DNA of 64,000 nt from the human T2T-CHM13v2.0 reference genome, Homo sapiens. Positions 13,901-25,600 of this stretch are shown here, piece by piece. The stretch lies in assembly GCF_009914755.1 (NCBI RefSeq), contig NC_060925.1. One strand, written 5' to 3'. Made by a program: the position numbers and the translations under genes. Within the stretch, counting starts at the first letter, position 1. The number at the start of each line of letters is the position of its first letter. The notes under the pieces are model-generated. The model saw nothing but the letters and a program-made list of their open reading frames with translations, did not search any database and was not told where the DNA came from.

Positions 13901-15202
13901 TAGTACAGAATATTTACAAATGTCAGGATAACATAAATGCATTGATTTATCTCTTGGTGTACGGTATTATGCAATAAAAAATAGTTTAGGTAGGCCTAAA
14001 AGACAATTTTATCCAATAAAATTATGTCTATTTTATCCACTAACTTTTTAAAAATAATTTTCTCAAAATTTGCAGGCCAAGCATACTTCTGCTCTTCAAA
14101 GGCATTTAGATGTTCTGCAAGCTTAACTGAAATGCACAGTTTTTTCTGAGAATTTCTACTAAGTAACAATCCTTTCAAGTCAAAGGATACTTGGGGGAAA
14201 AGATAGACTTTAACTGCTGATGTAACTTCACTGGGAGCACCTGGGTTTACAGACCTTTTCTGAAGATCAGGAGGTATTTGCAATTTAAATTCATAGATTT
14301 TAGTTGAATATGTAGATTGCTTAAATGAGAGATTGAGAATTTGCACCCATTTACCAATAGTTTTGAAATAATTTGCAGATATCTTACATTTTACTTGGTA
14401 TTGTATAAAATATTTGCACCTGTAACTATAAATTTCTTATTTGATTCTTAAAGTAACCCTGAATGTTTATTATATCAATTAATATAAGCAGATACTGAGG
14501 CTCAGGGTGTTTAGGAAGATAATCCAAGGTCACAGAATTAATTAATGTCGTGACCAGAGGAAGAACTCAATTCATTTAATTCTAAATTTTGTTTTACTGT
14601 ATGTTGCCTTCATCATTTCAGAAACAAATTCCTATATAAAGTCACAGAATCATTCCAAACATTTTCTGATTATTTTTATGTGTACTAAACCGTAGCAAAG
14701 CTGTATGATCTATGCCCAGGAGATATTCAACAAGTATAGTTACTTATTGTGCTCACTCTAGTGAGAGAGCAGATAATAAATTTAACAAAACATTTTACTT
14801 AAAATCATAATTTACTTTGAGGAGGGCTTGTTCTCTGATAAATTAGATCTTTTGTATGCAGATAGGAAAAGTAAGGCCACTTGGCTGCAAAATGGAGTAG
14901 ACTTTAGAATTTCCCTTTGCATTGCTAGGTTTGCAGGGCTAGCTGGCCATAGAAAAAGCTAGAACCACAGAAGAGTTACATATATACATATATAAATCTA
15001 TGGGAGGAAATTATGAATGTATATACTTATATATATATAATGGATAAAAGATCATCCTTTATATTCTTGAAGTTTGTTGTGGATTTTATTGTAACCTGAA
15101 ATTGTATAAAACAGTCCCTCAGTTTTTCTTAATTGCCAGAGCTACGGAAAAATTCCAATTTCCAAAAATCATCGGTGAGTTATACCTCAATATGTATGTC
15201 CC

Positions 15203-15785
15203 TGTGCTATTACATATACGTGTGTGTGCGTGTGTATAAAATGGGAGTAACCGTGAACAGACAGCAGAGGCTGCTATTACATATACGTGTGTGTGTATAA
15301 AATGGGAGTAAGCGTGAACAGACAGCAGAGGGCCCTATTACATATACGTGTGTGTGTATAAAATGGGAGTAAGCGTGAACAGAGAGCAGAGGGCGCTATT
15401 ACATATACGTGTGTGTGTATAAAATGGGAGTAAGCGTGAACAGACAGCAGAGGCCGCTATTACATATATGTGTGTGTATAAAATGGGAGTAAGCGTGAAC
15501 AGACAGCAGAGGGCGCTATTACATATATATGTTTGTGTGTGTTTGTGTGTGTGTGTCTGTGTGTGTATAAAATGGGAGTAAGGGTGAACAGACAGCAGAG
15601 GCTATTACATATATGTGTGTGTATAAAATGGGAGTAAGTGTGAACAGACAGCAGAGGCTGCTATTACATACGTGTGTGTGTATAAAATGGGAGTAAGCGT
15701 GAACAGAGAGCAGAGGGCGCTATTACACATACGTGTGTGTATAAAATGGGAGTAACCGTGAACAGACAGCAGAGGCCGCTATTAC

Positions 15786-15822
<37 letters not shown>

Positions 15823-15850
15823 AAATGGGAGTAAGGGTGAACAGACAGCG
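15203..15850. repeat. Minisatellite, about 10 copies of a ~60-bp unit with an embedded variable (TG)n tract
   Basis: Unit GCTATTACATATAC(GT)nATAAAATGGGAGTAAGCGTGAACAGACAGCAGAGG. I count ten AAAATGGGAGTAA cores. Confidence 0.95.
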
Positions 15851-16152
15851 CAGACCACTGTTTGACTTTGTGAAGCAGCACATGATTTTCCCTCTGTTTC
15901 TGGTGTCTTATCGCATGATAAAAGTCAAACCCAAAATGTAGGAAGTGTGGAAGTAGCTGAAATACTGCTAATATTTAGGCTGCGACATAAACTGGAGAGG
16001 AGTTTCCCTTTAGAAATATATTTTTATAGGTTCCATTAATGAAACCTAAAAAAAGTAAAATGAGGGAGGTTGTAAGTAATGATGACATTGTACATAGTAT
16101 CATAAAAATGTATAAAACCTGACACCAAATATTCTGAATTGGCAAAATATAC

Positions 16153-16154
<2 letters not shown>

Positions 16155-16201
<47 letters not shown>
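16155..16201. repeat. (TA)n microsatellite
   Basis: Perfect TA run of about 23 units. Confidence 0.95.
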
Positions 16202-16209
<8 letters not shown>

Positions 16210-17636
16210 CATATGATGTATCTATGTGTACATTTTTATATATGTGTGTATATCTGTACACATAGTTTATATCCATAAAACAGCAATCCTGATTATAATA
16301 ATTTATGTGATCTACTCTCAAGTATGACTAATTTTCATTAGTCACATTAGTTATTACATTGTTAACAATTTAGCAGGTTCACATGCTTGGTACATTTTAT
16401 TTGCTAATTACAGTAAATGTGTAGCTGCTATTCCCTTATAAAGCTTCCTATATACACAATGCCATGTGTATGAATATATAATGAATTGAGACTATCTAGT
16501 CCAAACACTCCTGGCACTAACAGACCCCGTGACCACCAACACATTACCCTCAATGCTGTCATTGGTGAGAGGGGCTTTTATAGCTCCTCACTTCTTAGTT
16601 TTATTGTGAAGATCAGGGAGTCAATAGTTACAAAGTACTTCTTAGCATGACACTTTGCAAAATAAACTCCACGATGTCATCATCATTATTCTCAATAGCA
16701 ACTTCTTTTTCTGGGCAATTGACTCAAATGCTAATATTTTTAGAATATTTAGAGGAGCACTAGACTAGTTTGATCAATTTTACTCCCAAATATGTTGGTA
16801 AAATGTCTTTCTTGGGACACTTTTAGCCTTAAACAATGTGAAAAATCATCCTTTACTTCCATGAAGTTTGTTGTGGATATTTGTTTCTTTATTGTAACCT
16901 GAAATTGTATAAAACACACTCAGTTTTTCTTAATTATGAAGAACTATGAAAAATTCTAATTTCCAAAAATAATCAGTGAATTATAGCTCAATGTTTACGT
17001 CCCTGTGGTATTTCCTCTGAATATTAATTGCTAATACTGATTTCTAATGGTCATGCTAATCATAATCCTAATGCTAATTCCTCATCATCTTAAAATTGAA
17101 AATAAATAAAATTCTACAACACTGAATGCCTCTTGTATTGAGAATAATTTTTATGTCTAAATTTGCAAGAGTAGTTTCCGTTGAGTTTCTGTTGCCCTTT
17201 TTATTTCATCCCTTATAATTTGTCTGGGACATGGATAAACTAACACCAAGTATACTCTCATGATGTAGACAGTGACTTGTGACCCAAATGGTAGATAACC
17301 CATACTTGTAGCTAAATGGAAGACATGAGCTACTCACAGCCAGCACCAAAGATGTTTTGAAAGTAGTGGTGATGCCAACCATACAAAGACGCATTAAATA
17401 ATAATACAAATTTAAATGCATCTAAGGTAATACACACACGCATACACCGGACCATGGTATGCGTAACTGCTGTGTAGCATGGTATGCAACCTTAGGCATT
17501 GTTATGCACATCATCGTAATACAGTATCATCTGCTGACCTCATCTTCTCCAATGTATTTAAGCAATTATTGATTAATAATGACCAATTTTATTTAAAAAC
17601 CTTCTGGAATAGAGTAAATGCTAGATATCAGTCTCA

Positions 17637-18746
17637 ATGTGGCAAGAATACTATTTTTTAAATGTTTTCTTCCCACTTTTAAAAGTTTGCTGCCTAACAA
17701 TTAATTCACATGTTGTTATTTTACTGCCCTGGGAATGCTATCATCTTATTTGGAAGATATTACCTTATATCGGCACAACTGTAGGATCAATGGAAGAGTA
17801 CAACACATCCTCTACAGACTTCACTTTCATGGGGCTGTTCAACAGAAAGGAAACCTCAGGTCTTATTTTTGCCATCATCTCTATCATCTTCTTCACCGCA
17901 CTGATGGCCAATGGGGTTATGATCTTCCTGATCCAAACAGATTTGCGCCTTCATACACCCATGTACTTCCTCCTCAGCCACCTTTCCTTAATTGACATGA
18001 TGTATATTTCCACTATTGTGCCTAAGATGCTGGTTAATTACCTGCTGGATCAAAGGACCATTTCCTTTGTGGGGTGCACAGCTCAACACTTCCTCTACCT
18101 TACCCTTGTGGGAGCTGAATTCTTCCTGCTGGGCCTCATGGCCTATGACCGCTATGTGGCCATTTGCAACCCTCTGAGATACCCTGTCCTCATGAGCCGC
18201 CGGGTCTGTTGGATGATTATAGCAGGTTCCTGGTTTGGGGGCTCTTTGGATGGCTTCCTCCTAACCCCCATCACCATGAGCTTTCCCTTCTGCAATTCCC
18301 GGGAGATTAACCACTTCTTCTGTGAGGCACCAGCAGTCCTGAAGTTGGCATGTGCAGACACAGCCCTCTACGAGACAGTGATGTATGTGTGCTGTGTTTT
18401 GATGCTGCTGATTCCTTTCTCTGTAGTCCTTGCTTCCTATGCCCGAATCCTGACTACAGTTCAGTGCATGAGCTCAGTGGAGGGCAGGAAGAAGGCATTT
18501 GCCACTTGCTCATCCCACATGACTGTGGTGTCCTTGTTCTACGGGGCTGCCATGTACACCTACATGCTGCCACATTCTTACCACAAGCCAGCCCAGGACA
18601 AAGTCCTCTCTGTGTTTTACACCATTCTCACACCCATGCTGAACCCCCTCATCTACAGCCTTAGAAACAAGGATGTGACTGGAGCTCTGAAGAGGGCCTT
18701 GGGGAGGTTCAAGGGTCCTCAAAGGGTGTCAGGAGGTGTCTTTTGA
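17637..18746 (+). CDS. OR2T1: Olfactory receptor family 2 subfamily T member 1 (class II OR, 7TM GPCR). 369-aa ORF; the 318-aa form from ATG 17790 is the more typical OR start
   Basis: Intact ORF with all OR motifs: [55 protein letters not shown], and N-terminal sequon NTS. The [12 protein letters not shown]... N-terminus and ...RVSGGVF C-terminus match my recollection of human OR2T1. Confidence 0.93.
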   Translation: MWQEYYFLNVFFPLLKVCCLTINSHVVILLPWECYHLIWKILPYIGTTVGSMEEYNTSSTDFTFMGLFNRKETSGLIFAIISIIFFTALMANGVMIFLIQTDLRLHTPMYFLLSHLSLIDMMYISTIVPKMLVNYLLDQRTISFVGCTAQHFLYLTLVGAEFFLLGLMAYDRYVAICNPLRYPVLMSRRVCWMIIAGSWFGGSLDGFLLTPITMSFPFCNSREINHFFCEAPAVLKLACADTALYETVMYVCCVLMLLIPFSVVLASYARILTTVQCMSSVEGRKKAFATCSSHMTVVSLFYGAAMYTYMLPHSYHKPAQDKVLSVFYTILTPMLNPLIYSLRNKDVTGALKRALGRFKGPQRVSGGVF

Positions 18747-18905
18747 CAGTCGACTCCTTCCCATGCATATGGTAAATGGGAGACTCTGTGGTCACTGTGG
18801 CTGTGCTTTCATCAAAAGATGAAGCAAAAAGGGAGGGAGTCATATGATTACAATATTGGTTTTTTGGCTAGGGTTTCTGGTTCATAACTCCATAGTTATG
18901 ATGTT

Positions 18906-19679
18906 GTGGTTTTTTAGGCCTCAGAAAACTGAATCTCTCTCTGTGATCTTCGCCTTCCCTCTTTTCACCTGCTTCTTTTTCTCCCCAAAGAAAGCCTTAG
19001 AAACTAAAAATATAATCCAATCTTTCCCCGCTTTTGGTCACAAAGAAATTATCTGACTACCTTGTCTGACTGTATGTCATAAGACCTCTGTTTCAAAAGA
19101 GGTCTTCTCTCATACCCTGGGGGAGGGAATGCTATACAGAGAGGCCAAGAAAAATCCGATCAGACAGGCCTTCGTGGGTGTCCCCACTCACTCTATCAAC
19201 ATTAGGTCATACTCTTTGTTCAATCATATTTCTGTGCAATTGTCCATGCTTCAATCATGACTATTCAATAAAGTCTCCATATAAGGGCCAAAAGGAGAGG
19301 ACAGAAAACTTCTGGACAGCTAAACTCATGAAGCTGAACAGGAGGGTGATAAGAACCCATCCATGTGCCTGGAGGGTGGCATGTCCCAACTCCACAGAGG
19401 CAGAAGCTCTTATGCTCTTCCAGACCTCACCCTCTGTGTCTTTTCATCTGACTGTTTCTGTGTATCCTTTGTAATATCATTTATAATAAGTGGTAAACAT
19501 AGGTAAGTGTTTCCTTTATAGTAAACTAACTGAACCCAAGGAAGGGCCGTGGGATCCCCAATTTACAATCACTTGGTCAAAAGTACAGGACAACTTGGGG
19601 CTTTTAATTGGCACTGGAAATGGAAGGCAGTGTTATGGGACTGAGCCCTCACCCTGTGGGATCTGACACTATCTCCAGA
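18906..19679 (+). mobile_element. MER21-family LTR (MER21A-like), 5' part, interrupted by the array
   Basis: MER21-like motifs CCTGGAGGGTGGCATGTCCCAACTCCACAGAGGCAGAAGCTC and GGGACTGAGCCCTCACCCTGTGGGATCTGACACTATCTCCAG. AATAAA at 19267-19272. The 5' boundary is approximate. Confidence 0.7.
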
Positions 19680-22600
19680 TAGATAGTGGCAGATGGTCAT
19701 GGGAGTTTAGCTTGGGCTAGAGCATTTGACTGTAGATAGCGGCAGATGGTCACGGGAGTTTAGCTCGGGCTAGAGCATTTGACTGTAGATAGCGGCAGAT
19801 GGTCACGGGAGTTTAGCTCGGGCTAGAGCATTTGACTGTAGATAGCGGCAGATGGTCACGGGAGTTTAGCTCGGGCTAGAGCATTTGACTGTAGATAGCG
19901 GCAGATGGTCACGGGAGTTTAGCTCGGGCTAGCGCATTTGACTGTAGATAGCGGCAGATGGTCACGGGAGTTTAGCTCGGGCTAGCGCATTTGACTGTAG
20001 ATAGCGGCAGATGGTCACGGGAGTTTAGCTCGGGCTAGCGCATTTGACTGTAGATAGCGGCAGATGGTCACGGGAGTTTAGCTCGGGCTAGAGCATTTGA
20101 CTGTAGATAGCGGCAGATGGTCACGGGAGTTTAGCTCGGGCTAGAGCATTTGACTGTAGATAGCGGCAGATGGTCACGGGAGTTTAGCTCGGGCTAGAGC
20201 ATTTGACTGTAGATAGCGGCAGATGGTCACGGGAGTTTAGCTCGGGCTAGAGCATTTCACTGCAGATAGCGGCAGATGGTCACGGGAGTTTAGCTCGGGC
20301 TAGCGCATTTGACTGTAGATAGCGGCAGATGGTCACGGGAGTTTAGCTCGGGCTAGAGCATTTGACTGTAGATAGCGGCAGATGGTCACGGGAGTTTAGC
20401 TCGGGCTAGAGCATTTGACTGTAGATAGCGGCAGATGGTCACGGGAGTTTAGCTCGGGCTAGAGCATTTGACTGTAGATAGCGGCAGATGGTCACGGGAG
20501 TTTAGCTCGGGCTAGAGCATTTGACTGTAGATAGCGGCAGATGGTCACGGGAGTTTAGCTCGGGCTAGCGCATTTGACTGTAGATAGCGGCAGATGGTCA
20601 CGGGAGTTTAGCTCGGGCTAGAGCATTTGACTGTAGATAGCGGCAGATGGTCCCGGGAGTTTAGCTCGGGCTAGGGCATTTGACTGCAGATAGCGGCAGA
20701 TGGTCACGGGAGTTTAGCTCGGGCTAGCGCATTTGACTGTAGATAGCGGCAGATGGTCACGGGAGTTTAGCTCGGGCTAGAGCATTTGACTGTAGATAGC
20801 GGCAGATGGTCACGGGAGTTTAGCTCGGGCTAGAGCATTTGACTGTAGATAGCGGCAGATGGTCACGGGAGTTTAGCTCGGGCTAGAGCATTTGACTGTA
20901 GATAGCGGCAGATGGTCACGGGAGTTTAGCTCGGGCTAGAGCATTTGACTGTAGATAGCGGCAGATGGTCACGGGAGTTTAGCTCGGGCTAGAGCATTTG
21001 ACTGTAGATAGCGGCAGATGGTCACGGGAGTTTAGCTCGGGCTAGAGCATTTGACTGTAGATAGCGGCAGATGGTCACGGGAGTTTAGCTCGGGCTAGAG
21101 CATTTGACTGCAGATAGCGGCAGATGGTCACGGGAGTTTAGCTCGGGCTAGAGCATTTGACTGTAGATAGCGGCAGATGGTCACGGGAGTTTAGCTCGGG
21201 CTAGAGCATTTGACTGTAGATAGCGGCAGATGGTCACGGGAGTTTAGCTCGGGCTAGAGCATTTGACTGTAGATAGCGGCAGATGGTCACGGGAGTTTAG
21301 CTCGGGCTAGCGCATTTGACTGTAGATAGCGGCAGATGGTCACGGGAGTTTAGCTCGGGCTAGATCATTTGACTGTAGATAGCGGCAGATGGTCACGGGA
21401 GTTTAGCTCGGGCTAGAGCATTTGAATGTAGATAGCGGCAGATGGTCACGGGAGTTTAGCTCGGGCTAGAGCATTTGACTGTAGATAGCGGCAGATGGTC
21501 ACGGGAGTTTAGCTCGGGCTAGCGCATTTGACTGTAGATAGCGGCAGATGGTCACGGGAGTTTAGCTCGGGCTAGCGCATTTGACTGTAGATAGCGGCAG
21601 ATGGTCACGGGAGTTTAGCTCGGGCTAGCGCATTTGACTGTAGATAGCGGCAGATGGTCACGGGAGTTTAGCTCGGGCTAGAGCATTTGACTGTAGATAG
21701 CGGCAGATGGTCACGGGAGTTTAGCTCGGGCTAGCGCATTTGACTGTAGATAGCGGCAGATGGTCACGGGAGTTTAGCTCGGGCTAGCGCATTTGACTGT
21801 AGATAGCGGCAGATGGTCACGGGAGTTTAGCTCGGGCTAGCGCATTTGACTGTAGATAGCGGCAGATGGTCACGGGAGTTTAGCTCGGGCTAGAGCATTT
21901 GACTGTAGATAGCGGCAGATGGTCACGGGAGTTTAGCTCGGGCTAGAGCATTTGACTGTAGATAGCGGCAGATGGTCACGGGAGTTTAGCTCGGGCTAGC
22001 GCATTTGACTGTAGATAGCGGCAGATGGTCACGGGAGTTTAGCTCGGGCTAGAGCATTTGACTGTAGATAGCGGCAGATGGTCCCGGGAGTTTAGCTCGG
22101 GCTAGAGCATTTGACTGTAGATAGCGGCAGATGGTCACGGGAGTTTAGCTCGGGCTAGAGCATTTGACTGTAGATAGCGGCAGATGGTCACGGGAGTTTA
22201 GCTCGGGCTAGAGCATTTGACTGTAGATAGCGGCAGATGGTCACGGGAGTTTAGCTCGGGCTAGCGCATTTGACTGTAGATAGCGGCAGATGGTCACGGG
22301 AGTTTAGCTCGGGCTAGCGCATTTGACTGTAGATAGCGGCAGATGGTCACGGGAGTTTAGCTCGGGCTAGAGCATTTGACTGCAGATAGCGGCAGATGGT
22401 CCCGGGAGTTTAGCTCGGGCTAGAGCATTTGACTGTAGATAGCGGCAGATGGTCACGGGAGTTTAGCTCGGGCTAGCGCATTTGACTGTAGATAGCGGCA
22501 GATGGTCACGGGAGTTTAGCTCGGGCTAGAGCATTTGACTGTAGATAGCGGCAGATGGTCACGGGAGTTTAGCTCGGGCTAGAGCATTTGACTGTAGATA

Positions 22601-25600
22601 GCGGCAGATGGTCACGGGAGTTTAGCTCGGGCTAGCGCATTTGACTGTAGATAGCGGCAGATGGTCACGGGAGTTTAGCTCGGGCTAGAGCATTTGACTG
22701 TAGATAGCGGCAGATGGTCCCGGGAGTTTAGCTCGGGCTAGAGCATTTGACTGTAGATAGCGGCAGATGGTCCCGGGAGTTTAGCTCGGGCTAGAGCATT
22801 TGACTGCAGATAGCGGCAGATGGTCACGGGAGTTTAGCTCGGGCTAGAGCATTTGACTGTAGATAGCGGCAGATGGTCACGGGAGTTTAGCTCGGGCTAG
22901 AGCATTTGACTGTAGATAGCGGCAGATGGTCCCGGGAGTTTAGCTCGGGCTAGAGCATTTGACTGTAGATAGCGGCAGATGGTCACGGGAGTTTAGCTCG
23001 GGCTAGCGCATTTGACTGTAGATAGCGGCAGATGGTCACGGGAGTTTAGCTCGGGCTAGAGCATTTGACTGTAGATAGCGGCAGATGGTCACGGGAGTTT
23101 AGCTCGGGCTAGAGCATTTGACTGCAGATAGCGGCAGATGGTCACGGGAGTTTAGCTCGGGCTAGCGCATTTGACTGTAGATAGCGGCAGATGGTCACGG
23201 GAGTTTAGCTCGGGCTAGAGCATTTGACTGTAGATAGCGGCAGATGGTCACGGGAGTTTAGCTCGGGCTAGCGCATTTGACTGTAGATAGCGGCAGATGG
23301 TCACGGGAGTTTAGCTCGGGCTAGAGCATTTGACTGTAGATAGCGGCAGATGGTCACGGGAGTTTAGCTCGGGCTAGAGCACTTGACTGTAGATAGCGGC
23401 AGATGGTCACGGGAGTTTAGCTCGGGCTAGCGCATTTGACTGTAGATAGCGGCAGATGGTCACGGGAGTTTAGCTCGGGCTAGAGCATTTGACTGTAGAT
23501 AGCGGCAGATGGTCCCGGGAGTTTAGCTCGGGCTAGAGCATTTGACTGTAGATAGCGGCAGATGGTCCCGGGAGTTTAGCTCGGGCTAGAGCATTTGACT
23601 GTAGATAGCGGCAGATGGTCACGGGAGTTTAGCTCGGGCTAGAGCATTTGACTGTAGATAGCGGCAGATGGTCACGGGAGTTTAGCTCGGGCTAGAGCAT
23701 TTGACTGTAGATAGCGGCAGATGGTCACGGGAGTTTAGCTCGGGCTAGAGCATTTGACTGTAGATAGCGGCAGATGGTCACGGGAGTTTAGCTCGGGCTA
23801 GAGCATTTGACTGTAGATAGCGGCAGATGGTCACGGGAGATTAGCTCGGGCTAGAGCATTTGACTGTAGATAGCGGCAGATGGTCACGGGAGTTTAGCTC
23901 GGGCTAGCGCATTTGACTGTAGATAGCGGCAGATGGTCACGGGAGTTTAGCTCGGGCTAGAGCATTTGACTGCAGATAGCGGCAGATGGTCACGGGAGTT
24001 TAGCTCGGGCTAGAGCATTTGACTGTAGATAGCGGCAGATGGTCACGGGAGTTTAGCTCGGGCTAGAGCATTTGACTGTAGATAGCGGCAGATGGTCACG
24101 GGAGTTTAGCTCGGGCTAGAGCATTTGACTGTAGATAGCGGCAGATGGTCACGGGAGTTTAGCTCGGGCTAGCGCATTTGACTGTAGATAGCGGCAGATG
24201 GTCACGGGAGTTTAGCTCGGGCTAGAGCATTTGACTGTAGATAGCGGCAGATGGTCACGGGAGTTTAGCTCGGGCTAGAGCATTTGACTGTAGATAGCGG
24301 CAGATGGTCACGGGAGTTTAGCTCGGGCTAGAGCATTTGACTGTAGATAGCGGCAGATGGTCACGGGAGTTTAGCTCGGGCTAGAGCATTTGACTGTAGA
24401 TAGCGGCAGATGGTCACGGGAGTTTAGCTCGGGCTAGCGCATTTGACTGTAGATAGCGGCAGATGGTCACGGGAGTTTAGCTCGGGCTAGCGCATTTGAC
24501 TGTAGATAGCGGCAGATGGTCACGGGAGTTTAGCTCGGGCTAGAGCATTTGACTGTAGATAGCGGCAGATGGTCACGGGAGTTTAGCTCGGGCTAGCGCA
24601 TTTGACTGTAGATAGCGGCAGATGGTCACGGGAGTTTAGCTCGGGCTAGCGCATTTGACTGTAGATAGCGGCAGATGGTCACGGGAGTTTAGCTCGGGCT
24701 AGCGCATTTGACTGTAGATAGCGGCAGATGGTCACGGGAGTTTAGCTCGGGCTAGAGCATTTGACTGTAGATAGCGGCAGATGGTCACGGGAGTTTAGCT
24801 CGGGCTAGCGCATTTGACTGTAGATAGCGGCAGATGGTCACGGGAGTTTAGGTCGGGCTAGCGCATTTGACTGTAGATAGCGGCAGATGGTCACGGGAGT
24901 TTAGCTCGGGCTAGAGCATTTGACTGTAGATAGCGGCAGATGGTCACGGGAGTTTAGCTCGGGCTAGCGCATTTGACTGTAGATAGCGGCATATGGTCAC
25001 GGGAGTTTAGCTCGGGCTAGCGCATTTGACTGTAGATAGCGGCAGATGGTCACGGGAGTTTAGCTCGGGCTAGAGCATTTGACTGTAGATAGCGGCAGAT
25101 GGTCACGGGAGTTTAGCTCGGGCTAGCGCATTTGACTGTAGATAGCGGCAGATGGTCACGGGAGTTTAGCTCGGGCTAGCGCATTTGACTGTAGATAGCG
25201 GCAGATGGTCACGGGAGTTTAGCTCGGGCTAGCGCATTTGACTGTAGATAGCGGCAGATGGTCACGGGAGTTTAGCTCGGGCTAGAGCATTTGACTGTAG
25301 ATAGCGGCAGATGGTCACGGGAGTTTAGCTCGGGCTAGCGCATTTGACTGTAGATAGCGGCAGATGGTCACGGGAGTTTAGCTCGGGCTAGCGCATTTGA
25401 CTGTAGATAGCGGCAGATGGTCACGGGAGTTTAGCTCGGGCTAGAGCATTTGACTGTAGATAGCGGCAGATGGTCACGGGAGTTTAGCTCGCGCTAGCGC
25501 ATTTGACTGTAGATAGCGGCAGATGGTCACGGGAGTTTAGCTCGGGCTAGCGCATTTGACTGTAGATAGCGGCAGATGGTCACGGGAGTTTAGCTCGGGC

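Noticed and set aside
17735-18722. Alternative-frame and antisense ORFs overlapping the OR
   Set aside because: Short shadow ORFs of the real CDS with no recognisable domains.
19318-19332. AGCTAAACTCATGA resembles the reverse complement of part of the array unit (AGCTAAACTCCCATGA), a possible local template
   Set aside because: Only a 10-bp exact match plus a gapped extension, too short to distinguish from chance by eye.
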